Origin: Basidiobolus meristosporus CBS 931.73
Taxonomy: Eukaryota > Fungi > Basidiobolomycota
NCBI GenBank assembly: GCA_002104905.1
Contig: MCFE01000082.1
Location: 1 to 64,000, forward strand
Length of the DNA: 64,000 bases
Direction of reading: 5' to 3'
The notes under the pieces were generated by a model that saw only the letters and a program-made list of their open reading frames with translations, did not search any database and was not told the DNA's origin. The position numbers and the translations under genes are program-made. Shown here one piece after another: positions 1 through 10,161 of the stretch; within the stretch, counting starts at the first letter, position 1; every line of letters starts with the position of its first letter.

Positions 1-2160
1 GGAGCCGTATATGCCATATTTTTGAGCAATCAAGAGTGGCCAATGCCTCTTTATATTAGCAAACAGTAATTTCCAAATCTGGATCGGCTCGCTGAAATAA
101 TTTTGAAATGGTAATGGAAACAGCTGACCATAGATAAGACACCTTCTAAAATTCGTTACCAGCGATTCTAGTGGTAGTTCCTCTGGAAACCGTGAAAATG
201 TTCTGATCACGACCAGATAGGTAAGAAGAATGCCCTCAATCGAAATCCAGGATCCTCTTATCAGGCCCAAAATGGAGGCTTCTGACCAACAAGCACATGA
301 TGCGATTTCCTCACTGGTAACTTCAGTGAAGTACGTGATCCATTCGGTTTGAAAGGTAACGCTATATATGTCGAGCCCTGACAACCGGCTTATTCCCAGA
401 ATTTTTTTATCACAAAAAACCCAGATCCTGGATATTATTGCATGGCAGCCTAGGTGATATATGGCAATGGGTAACGGCTACCCACTAGCCATCATCTGAT
501 GGAAAGCTACACTTGACTGGTTGCCATAAATGTACCCTTCATCACATCATCATGCTTGGGGGACTGAGACAAGCTCGGATTCAACTTTCATCCTAATTTA
601 CCCTATCTCACCCGTGCTCCCTCTGAAAAATCGTATTTGGAGAGGTGAATTTTCCCACACAGCATCGATATGAAAGTGGCACTTTGGTCACGTTTAGTCA
701 TTAGCACAATTTCAATCTGGCTGAATATTCAGACGATATCAGTGACCACCCAAAACTATAATTCGATGGAAAAGAATTTGCTTTTTATTAATAAGCTTCA
801 AGCGAATCCCAGCAAGCCTATATACACGATGTCCAGAATGTGCCAGGTCAACCACTACGGGTAATTCCAAGAGTAGTTGCGATACCACAGAGTATTATCG
901 CTCATACTGAGAGTTGTTCAATCAGCAATCTAAAAAAAGTGCTAGTAGCAATTGATCACATTGAATCAAAAGTGATAAAGGCAGTAACCGCATATAGTTA
1001 ACCTAGACCCACACCAGCTCACAATGCCAGCACATGATCGCTCCGGTTAACCCACATCCTGTAAGATGAAGTAATTGGTTGAAATCAGCTGCTATTGATG
1101 AGGTTCAATTCGCGGTGATTGAGGTCCAGAAAACTGTCAGACAACTGCCTCACAAAACCCTAAATATTGGGAGAGTATCTGACTTTCCTAGGCCTAGATT
1201 AAGAGTTTACCTTCGACTTGACTGGATATCGCATTCGGTCGAAAATCAGGTCTTTTCAGAAATTCAAATCCTTATTCGATCCTGACCAAAGTGGAATTTT
1301 TTTCACCATGCAGATTTCCCTTATCATAGTGCCATTAGTAGGGTTTCTGGAAATATGGGCAAAATAAATCCATCTATCGGGTTTAAGGTGATCAAATAAT
1401 GTCATCACTTCTTGGTCAACAATATTGGTTTCCAATTTCAATCATCACAGTCTTTTGTTAATCAATGAATGCTGGCAGGAAACGCAAAGCGATGAAAATA
1501 GCCAACTTCTTTCCGTAGCAATATCAAGAATATTCCCTCCGCAAATGGAGTGGATGACCCAATGAACAGAGTTGTGCTACTTTATGGGAAGTGATAAGTT
1601 CCACGCGGATCAAGGCTAATATGACTCACTTCAAAGTTGGATAATATTCCTAAAGTTCGGCGCCGTTCATCTTTTTCAATGGGGATTCAATATCCGCCAT
1701 TTCCGTGATCACGTTATCCACCGCCACCATCGTTTTACAGCACTGCCAATTGTAATATTGAATTATATCGCTGTGTGTATGATCAGGTGAAGTATATGAT
1801 AACACAGGTCGGGTGCGGTGGGGTATCTGAGAAAAATAGAGAACTGTGATATTGGAAAGATGGTGTTGCTAACATCACAGTGCGGCGTTATGAACTCAAG
1901 ATGGCGCAAAAAACCTAGATTCATTGAGAAACCAGGTTGAGTCCTATTATGGGCATCAGCGATTACCCAGGAAACATGATTTATTTTTGTTATGAGAGTT
2001 TTGGAGATACTGGATGTGCTTGGGGGAACAAGTAGATTATATGATTTTGACCCAATGAAGAATTGAATGTAAATGTGACATCTATACATTTCTATTCTGG
2101 TATTTGATGGATTACCTGAATAACAGCAAAGCACCAGCATATAACCAAAGGAATAACATC
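1..2160 (-). mobile_element. Highly degenerate non-LTR (LINE-like) retrotransposon relic (APE endonuclease + RT fragments)
   Basis: Minus-strand fragments occur in LINE order. APE-like pieces: NLLVPP...WVIADAHN (1763-2140 ORF, cf. IYAPP...IIAGDFN) and PDH (cf. SDH) near 1780. RT-like pieces: DAVW near 655, GACLSP near 570, SDD near 495, TYLVVI near 215. Many stops and frameshifts. Confidence 0.45.
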
Positions 2161-2462
2161 AAGATATAAGCAAATTACTATACTGGAACTGAATGGAGCA
2201 TCAAACAAGTAACATAGTATTCATTTGTTTCTCCAAATAATTGATACAACACCAGACATCCTGCAACACACTTGTGCTCCAGTTGATGTCCATATGCACA
2301 TGGAATAATAAAGTTGCCAGAATTGGATGAACCAAATCTTCACATATTAAGTGGATCATCTAACTGCAATCCAAGTGACTAAGCTAGGCCAATGATAATG
2401 TATATTTACAAAATTTAAATTTGTTTGAATCATGGTGGCAAGTAACAATTCATTGAAATTAC

Positions 2463-2665
2463 TGTTGCAAGGGTTTTGGATATATTGGAAGCAATTGGGA
2501 GAACAAGTGGCCTATGTGGTTTTCATTTGATGATTTGCAGAATGTTGAAGTAGTTTTTATAACACTGTATCATGTTACCAAAAAAAAGTATGTTAAATGC
2601 ATTTAGCAGCATGTGTGCAAGGTTTGTAGCTGTTTAGACAGCTTTGGCAAATCTCATGTTCTGAG
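2463..2665 (-). repeat. LTR copy A (partial, interrupted by LTR copy B)
   Basis: Begins tgttgcaagggttttggatatattgg, similar to the LTR consensus. Breaks at ...catgttctgag, directly followed by a new tgttgtaagagtc. Confidence 0.75.
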
Positions 2666-3011
2666 TGTTGTAAGAGTCTTAGAGATATTGGATGTGATTT
2701 GGAATACATGTAGATTATATGGTCTCACTTGATGATTTGTTGAATGTACTCAAAGTATTGATAATTTTACATGATCTTGACATTGATTACATGCAGCATA
2801 GGCTTATCAAGGTCACAAAAACATGTGGCAAGGTTTGTGGCTGTTTGGATAGCTTATCTGATTTTCATGTTCTGGGTACCAGATGTTTTGGTGAAAATAT
2901 TCTAAGTAAATCCAACAAGGAAATTGGTCAGTATTCACTAGGATTTGAATGTAATGATCCAAATGACTTAGTCAGGTAAGTATTTAGGTGGAATCACAAA
3001 TTTTTACAACA
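2666..3011 (-). repeat. LTR copy B, 3' LTR of the copia element (346 bp)
   Basis: Perfect 8-bp terminal inverted repeat TGTTGTAA...TTACAACA. Lies immediately after the PPT and just downstream of the RNase H ORF end on the minus strand. Confidence 0.9.
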
Positions 3012-3021
3012 CTCCCACTCA
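3012..3021 (-). promoter_or_regulatory. Polypurine tract (PPT)
   Basis: Minus strand reads tgagtgggag directly before the TGTTG of LTR B. Confidence 0.75.
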
Positions 3022-3081
3022 ACTGAATGTTCATACTGACTAGTCCTAATTTTGATATAAGATATCATAACTTGTCTCTAG

Positions 3082-4625
3082 CTAATAGTTTGGTAAATAT
3101 GTCTGCATCATTTCATCTGTAGAACAGTAACCTGAGTTAACCAAGCTATTTTCTATAGCTTCACATAGAAAATGATGTCTAATATCCATGTGCTTAGTTG
3201 TAGCATGAAAAGTTGGATTTCTACCTAATTGTATACATCCTTGGCTATCTTGAAATAAAGTAATAGGTGTTTTTTGACATGAGCCTAAATCTTTAAAATG
3301 GTTCCTTAGCCTCATTGCTTCTTTTGTAGCTTCACAGGCTGACATGTACTCTGTCTCTGTGGTAGAGAGTACTATGGTTGGTTGCTTTCTTGAATTCCAT
3401 GAAATTGCTCCTTTACAGTAAAGAAAGGTGTATCCAGTGGTGGATCTTCTGTCTTCCAAATTTTGTAGCCAATTAGCATTAGAGTATCCCATAAGATCCT
3501 GTTCTAAATTAGTATAGGTGTATTGTAAGCAGATATCAGCAGTTCCTTTTAGGTATCTAAAAATCTGCTTAACTGCTGCAATATGACCAGATCCATAGTG
3601 CTGATTGTGCTGGCTGACAACTCCTACTAAATATGAGATATATGGATGTGTTCCAAGCATGATATACATCAGACTGCTGACCATAGAATAATAAGGAAAG
3701 TCAGGGCTCTCAGATGGCACCAAGCTCTCTTGATTTGGTTGAGTTTTGACCAAGTTAAGGTTTGTCTCCATTGGGGTAGCTGCCGGCTTACAGTCTTCCA
3801 TTTGGTACTTCTTTAGTACATCTTGAGTATACCTGGATTGGCTTAGGGTGATAGTCTGAGTACTACTGTCTATGGAGAACTTAATCCCCAAGCAGTAACC
3901 AAGTTCTCCTAGATCAGACATCTTGAACTCTTGAGATAGGCTGGATTTAGTCTCTTCCAATGTTGCTAAGTAATTTGTGGCTATAATAGATCATCCACAT
4001 ATAGAGCTAATAGAGCTGGATTTGCTCTATCTGGCTTATAGTATATACTATAGTCAGCATTACTCCTTTTGAAACTCAAAGATTCCAAATAAGAATCTAT
4101 CTTGCAACACCAGACTCTTGGTGATCATTGCAGACCAAATAGGGATTTTTAAGCTTGCAGACCAAATGGGTGTTATCTTAGTCAACAAACACATCAAGCT
4201 GGTCCATATACATGTCCTTATCAAGGTTGTCATTCAGAAATGCAGCTTTTACATCCATATGTTATGTAAAAAACTTTTACTTGGCTGCAACAGCCAATAT
4301 CAATCTGATAGAACTAAACTTGGCTACTGATGCAAAGGTCTCAGTATAGTCAAGTCCTTTTGTTTGGGGGTATCCTTTGGTCACAAGTCTTGCTTTATAT
4401 CTTTCAATTGTACCATCAGCATTATACTTTGTCTTAAAGACCCATCTGAATCCAATTGATTTTTGGTTGATTGGTAATTTCACTGAGTTCAAAGTTTTAT
4501 ATACATCAGGGCCTGATATTCCTCAGTCATTGCAGATCTCCAAAACTTTGTCTGAGGGCCGTTTAGGGCCTCTTTTACAGTCTGGTGCTCATCAATATGG
4601 ACTGAATAGGTATAGGCCAAGTTTG
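3082..4625 (-). pseudogene. Copia pol: reverse transcriptase and RNase H, disrupted
   Basis: [42 protein letters not shown]; FKMSDLGELGYCLGI; GYSNANW...RRSTTGY (catalytic D appears as N); ISWNSRKQPTIVLSTTETEY; HATTKHMDIRHHF. Stops and frameshifts lie between these segments. Confidence 0.9.
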
Positions 4626-4974
4626 TGTTGTGAAAATTTGTAAATCCACCAAAATATTCACCTGACTTAGCCATTCAGATTGTTACCTTCAGATCCTAGA
4701 GAATACTGACCAAATTTCTTGTTGGGATTTACTTAGAATATTTTCACCAAAACACCAGGTACCCAGATCATGAAAATTTTCAAAGTTGTCCAAACAGCCC
4801 CAAACTTTGCACACATGTTCTTGGGACCTTCCTTAACCTATTCTACATGCTTGTTATGCCAAGACCATGTAAAAGTATAAATACTACTTTTACAATCAAT
4901 AAATTATTAAGTGAAAACCACTTCATCTGCTTGTTCTCCCAATCACTTCCGCTATCTCCAAGACTCTTACAACA
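4626..4974 (+). repeat. Solo LTR copy C inserted in opposite orientation into pol
   Basis: tgttgtgaaa...ctcttacaaca flanked by a perfect 5-bp TSD GTTTG (4621-4625 and 4975-4979). Confidence 0.92.
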
Positions 4975-5199
4975 GTTTGTACCCTCATTGATTTAGTAAT
5001 CTGGGCTATTTCTTGTCCAATTGGATCTCCAGGCATTTTACACTGGAATGATCACTTCTGGAATATTCCTGGGCACTACTTCAGGCTGAACCACAGTTGT
5101 AGAGTCCACTGGAGTGGAAAAATTCTCATTGTTTTACTCTGATTCAATCCTGACCATTGGTGGACTTGAGATTGGATTCTTGTCATCATCAGATGTCAT

Positions 5200-6000
5200 T
5201 TTTTGTGAAATTTTGAGTTTTCATCAAACAACACATCCCTGGACTAGATTAGCTTCTTTGCTCTGGTATTGTAGAGTCTGTATGCTTTACTCTTGTTGCA
5301 GTAGCCCAAAAATGTGCATTTTACACTTTTTGGCTCATATTTTGACTGATTTCTGGGCAGTCTTTTGGCATATGCTGTACACCCAAATATTCTAAGATAT
5401 TCTGCACTTGGTCTGTATCCATACTATGCTTCAAATGGAGTAGAATTACAATGTATTTTGTGGTTACTGCTATTTTTAAGGTACACAGCTGTGGCAACTC
5501 ATTTTGCCCAAATATCATAGGATAACTTAGGCTAAACCCTAACCCATTAATTTTGCAGAATTGGATCATGAGTTTTGAGGCATATTCTCCACTATTTTCA
5601 AATCATGTTTTCTTGTTTTTTTCACTAGTTTCTCTCTCCACCATGGTATTAAGCTCCCTGAGCTTAGAGAGAGCTTCTACCATTCTTTCCACAAAATAAA
5701 CCTATATATATTCTCTATAATCATCAATAAAAGTGATTAAATACTTTAAACTTCACCTAAGGATAAATTTTGCATAGGTCCACACAGATCAGAGTGAATT
5801 TGCATTAATTTCTTCTTAGTTTTGATTAGCTTAGAGCTTTTGAACAGTTGTCTGACTTGTTTCCCTTATATGCAGGCTCCACAGTACTCCAAGAGCTGGG
5901 GGATCAATTTTTTCTCTGGAAATTAACTGTTCTTGGATCATTTTGTGCAAATAATCAAAGTTGATGTGTTCAAATCTCCTATGCAAAAGTTTTGGTGTTT
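5200..6000 (-). pseudogene. Copia integrase region, disrupted
   Basis: Minus-strand pieces: KCTFLGYCNKSKAYRLY and SRDVLFDE (5215-5330), VATAVYLK (~5490), HSDLCGPM-like segment (~5775-5800). Multiple stops. Confidence 0.75.
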
Positions 6001-6491
6001 CTTCATTTATGTTACATATATTGGCTTCCAGATATGGTGGAAAACAACCAACTTGTATAGATTCTGATCACTGACACCCAAAGCAATATGAGCACCACTT
6101 TGATCAGTGATCCTCATCCAGTATTGTGAAAGCTTAAACTGAGTCCTTCTATTATGGCCTTACTTATTAATAGTAGGCTCTTGGTTATTTCTGGTACATA
6201 GAGTACTTCTTTGAAGGTAGTGTGTGGCTTCCTTAACTCCTTCTAGGGTTTACTTGGATAGTTCATTCTCCCACTTCATTGAGTATTCTATCCTCACCTG
6301 TGAAAATGTTTTATATAGAATTTCTTGATATTGGGTAAAAGGTCCATTTGGGTGTGCAAAGTGTTGAGATGCTCCAGAGTAAATATACCAGATCTGGAAA
6401 TCCATATTTGTGGTCATATTTAGTGCAGATATGAATAGTCTATCCTCAGTTGTTGCATCATTCTCATATACAGGCTGCTTCTGCTTACTAT

Positions 6492-6822
6492 TGTTGTAAG
6501 AGTCTTTGAGATATTGGAAGTAGATTATGTGGTCTTCACTTAATGATTTATTGAATGTAAAAGTAATATTTATACTCTTGCATGGTGTTGGCATAACAAG
6601 CATGTATAATAGGTTAAGGAAGGTCCCAAGAACATGTGCACAAACTTTGGGGCTGTTTCAATAACTTTGAGAATTTTCATGATCTGGGTACATGGTATTT
6701 TGGTGAAAATATTTGAAGTAAATCCCAACAAGAAATTTGGTCAGTATTCTCTAGGATTTAGAGGTAATGATCTAAGTGACTAAGCTAGGTGAATATTTAG
6801 GTGGAATTACAAATTTTTTACA
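6492..6822 (-). repeat. Solo LTR copy D between zinc knuckle and protease
   Basis: LTR consensus sequence flanked by ACTAT (6487-6491 and 6823-6827). The terminal ACA is missing. Confidence 0.8.
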
Positions 6823-6948
6823 ACTATCTCACTTTATGAGGCACTGGTATGATGTGTGGCCTTTCCATTTGCAGTATCTGCAAACCAGGTTGCCATGGCC
6901 TCTAAAAGGTCTTAGATACCTCCTTTGTTAGTTATCACTGTGTATCAC

Positions 6949-7297
6949 TATTGTAAGAGTCTTGGAGATATTGGAAGTGATTAGGAGAACAAGTAGAATA
7001 TGAGGATTTGACTCAATGGTTTATTAAGTGTAAAAGTAGCATATATACTTTTACATGATCTTGGCAATGCAAGCTTGCAGTATAGGCTAAGAAAGGTCCC
7101 AAGGACATGTGTGCAAAGAATGAGGCTGTTTGGATCACTTTGAGAATTCTTGTATTCTAGGTACCTGGTATTTTGGTGATAATAATCTAAATTAATCCCC
7201 ACAAGGAATTTGGTCAGTATTCTCTAGGATATGAAGGTTATTATCTGAGTGACTAAGCTAGATGAATATTTAGGTGGAATTACCAATATTGACAACA
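6949..7297 (-). repeat. LTR copy E
   Basis: tattgtaagagtcttggagatattgg...gacaaca matches the LTR consensus. No convincing TSD. Confidence 0.8.
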
Positions 7298-7331
7298 ATT
7301 AAGGCATTTTCTCTTTCCTGCTTGTTGATGC

Positions 7332-7546
7332 TGTTGTAAAAGTCTTGGAGATATTGGAAGTGATTGGGAGAACAAGTAGATTGTGTGGTTTTCACTTAAT
7401 GATTTACTGAATGTAAAAGTAGTATTTTAACTTTTACATGGTCATGGCATGACAAGCACATAGAATAGGTTACAGAAGGTCCCAAGAACATGTGTGCAAA
7501 GTTTGGGGCTGTTTGGACAACTTTGAGAATTTTCATGGTCTGGGTA
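7332..7546 (-). repeat. LTR copy F (truncated)
   Basis: tgttgtaaaagtcttggag... ends at ttcatggtctgggta and joins directly to gag sequence. Confidence 0.8.
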
Positions 7547-7903
7547 TGATTTCTTAATTCTTCATCCTGGAGCCTTCCATATACAAACTCTAAGGTCAAA
7601 TCTTCAGATCTGGACTCTAGGGCTGATACAAGGCCTAGAAACCTATCTGTTAGGCTTTCAGGATGATAACTATTGCATACACATAAGTAGTTGGTGTGCC
7701 CACAAATTCCATCTCATCCACTTGCAGGGTAATTTTGTGAATTAGATTTTGCATTTCCTCTCCTGGCAGCATCTTTGTGGTAAGGAATTTGCGTCTGAGA
7801 TACAATTTCATAGCAACTGAACATGACTGATATATGTCTTTTAATGCCTTCCAGGCATTCTGTGCAATTTTTGCTCTTGAGCATTGAATTAGCAACTTGT
7901 CCT

Positions 7904-8252
7904 TGTTGTAAAAGTTTGTAATTCCACTGAAATATTCACCTAACTTAGTCACTCAGATCATTACCTTCATATCCTAGAGAATACTGTGCATACTTCTTGT
8001 GGGGATTTATTTAGAATATTTTCACCAAAATACCATGCACCCAGATCATGAAAATTTGATAAGTTGCCCAAACAGCCCCAAACTTTGCACACATGTTCTT
8101 GGGATCTTCCTTAACCTATTTTACATGCTTGTTATGCCCAGACCATGTAAAAGTATAAATACTACTTTTACATTCAATAAATCATTAAGTGAAAGCCACA
8201 TAATCTACATGTCCTCCCAATCACTTCCAATATCTCCAAGACTCTAACAACA
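7904..8252 (+). repeat. Solo LTR copy G inserted in opposite orientation into gag
   Basis: tgttgtaaaag...ctctaacaaca with TSD GTCCT/GTCTT (one C-to-T difference). Confidence 0.88.
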
Positions 8253-8493
8253 GTCTTTGACATTAAGGCAATTGCAGTCAAAGACACTTTGTTCTTTCTT
8301 CTGGTACTTTGAGGCTTCCTCTCCCTCATTTTCAATGGGGCATTCTTCTCCCATGACAATATCCCAAAGGCCTCTTTCTTGTATCAGCATCTGCATCTTC
8401 ACCCTCCACACTTGGTAGTTAAATCCATCCAACTTTTCAGCAGAGAGAAAGATTCCAGTAATAACAGTAGTAGACATTGCACAGAGTGACAGC

Positions 8494-8507
8494 TTGGGGC
8501 TCATAAC
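8494..8507 (-). promoter_or_regulatory. Primer-binding site (GGTTATGGGCCC-type, tRNA-iMet fragment priming)
   Basis: Minus strand reads gttatgagccccaa immediately after LTR H and overlaps the gag start. It resembles the copia-type PBS. Confidence 0.7.
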
Positions 8508-8857
8508 TGGCTGTAAGAGTCTTCAAGACACTGGAAGTGATTGGCAGAACAAGTAGCTTATGTAGTTTTCACTTAGTGATTTATTGAATGTAAAAGTGGT
8601 ATTTAATCTATTATATGATTGTTGTATACTAAGCATGTAGAGTGGGCTAAGGAAGGTCCCACAAGCATGTGTGCAATGTCTGGGGCTATTTGGACAACTT
8701 TGAGAATTTTTGTGTTCTGTGTACCTGATATTTTGGTGAATATATTTCAAGTAAATCCCAACAGGGAATTTAGTCAGTATTCTCTAATATATGTAGGTAT
8801 TGATATAAGTGACTAAGTTAGGTCAATGCTTCGATGGAATTACTAACATTTACAACA
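8508..8857 (-). repeat. LTR copy H, 5' LTR of the main copia element
   Basis: LTR consensus ending tttacaaca, adjacent to the PBS and gag. Confidence 0.85.
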
Positions 8858-8859
8858 CA

Positions 8860-9850
8860 TACATGCACACCCCCTGCAATTTACACACTTATATCACTTC
8901 AGCTTTATGGCTTTTTAATGTGATACCTACAAAGTTGCCACATATTTTGTATTGCTGGTAGCATATACAACATGCAAACATATGCTTTTAATTTCAAATC
9001 TGTACATCTGGACTCTGGGGCTAATGCAAGGCTTTTAAGCTTGTCTTCCCAGGCTATTCAGGAGGGTAACAATCACACTGTCATCAGCAGTTGGTACACT
9101 AATTGATTCCATCCCATCAACCAATAATGTAAATGTATTAATTTGATTTTTCACTTCTTCTTTTGAGAGCATCCCTGTAGTCAAGAGTATTTGTCTAAGC
9201 AATATTTTTGTAGCCGCTGAACATGACTGATAGGTGTCTTCTAATGCCTTCTAGGCATTCTTGGTCATATTTGTTTTTGAGCATTGAAATAGCAATTTGT
9301 TTATAACATTATAGCATATGCAGTTAAGGGCACATTATGCTGTAAAAGTTTGGAATACCACCTAAATATTCACATAACTTAGTCACTTAGATCAATACCT
9401 ACAAATCTCAGAGAATACTGACTAAACTCCTTGTTGGGATTTACTTGGCATATTTTCACCAAAACATCAGGTGCCCAGAACATGAAAATTCTCAAAGTTG
9501 TCCAAACAGGCCCAAACTTTGCACACAGGTTCTTGGGACATTCCTCAATCTATTCTACATGTTTGTGATGCCAAGACCATGTAAAAGTATAGATAATACA
9601 TTTACACTAAATAAATCATCAAGCGAAAGCCACATAATCTACTTGTTCCCCCAATAAACTTCCAATATCTCCATGACTCTTGCAACACGTTTTCCTTCCT
9701 TCTGGTACTGCAAGGCTTCTTCTCGTACATTCTGAGGGGGGTATTCTTCTCCCGTAATAAACTTCAAAGAGCCTCTTTCCTATAGCAGTAGCTTTATCTT
9801 TACCTTCCAGACTTGGTGGTTAGGCCCGTCCAACTTTACTGAAGAAGAGG
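8860..9850 (-). pseudogene. Second decayed copia gag copy (interrupted by LTR I)
   Basis: 8990-9330 parallels 7600-7900 at nucleotide level. 9690-9840 encodes KLDGPNHQVWKVKIKLLL*ERG. Confidence 0.7.
9338..9687 (+). repeat. Solo LTR copy I (opposite orientation)
   Basis: tgctgtaaaag...ctcttgcaaca. The TSD is degenerate (CATTA/CGTTT). Confidence 0.8.
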
Positions 9851-9865
9851 AAGCGCCAATAATAG

Positions 9866-10161
9866 CTGTGATGTTCAGTCAATGATATGTTGAATGCATT
9901 AGTAGCGCTAATACCTTAACACAGTCTTTGCAAGACAAGTGCCTTGAATATGTTCAGGAAGGTCCCAAGAGCATGTGGGCAAATTTAGAGGCTGTCTGGA
10001 CAGCTCATCAATTTTTCAAGTCCTGTGTACCTGATATATTGGTGAAATACTCCAACTAAATCCCGACATGGAATTTGGGCAGAATTCTCTGAGGTCTGTA
10101 GTCAATGATCCAAGTGACTAAGTCAAGTGAACATTTAGGTGTATTTACGAAACTTACCACA
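9866..10161 (-). repeat. LTR copy J (partial, most diverged)
   Basis: Retains ggaaggtcccaagagcatgtg...gtgactaagtcaagtgaacatttaggtg...cttaccaca. Confidence 0.7.

Larger units (their letters stand above)
6330..8504 (-). pseudogene. Copia gag and protease, split by four LTR insertions
   Basis: gag N-terminus KLDGFNYQVWRVKMQMLIQERGLWDIV (8244-8504); AWKALKDIYQSCSVAMKLYLRRKF (7650-7900); LTLEFVYGRLQDEE; zinc knuckle CRYCKWKGHTSYQC (~6840-6885); protease WYIYSGASQH (cf. WYLDSGAS.H). Confidence 0.85.
2463..10161 (-). mobile_element. Nested cluster of decayed Ty1/copia LTR retrotransposons (at least two internal regions plus solo LTRs)
   Basis: Minus-strand domain order is gag, zinc knuckle, protease, integrase, RT, RNase H (copia order). 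About ten copies of one ~346-bp TGTTG...CAACA repeat, with PBS and PPT adjacent to LTR copies. Confidence 0.93.

Noticed and set aside
4489-4674. ORFs 4489-4674, 6250-6603, 7396-7599 and 7650-7952 looking like novel fusion proteins
   Set aside because: They are chimeric reading frames crossing LTR-insertion junctions.
2463-10161. Regularly recurring repeats as a CRISPR-like or satellite array
   Set aside because: Units are ~346 bp with TG...CA ends, TSDs, PBS and PPT, so they are LTRs; the sequence is eukaryotic.
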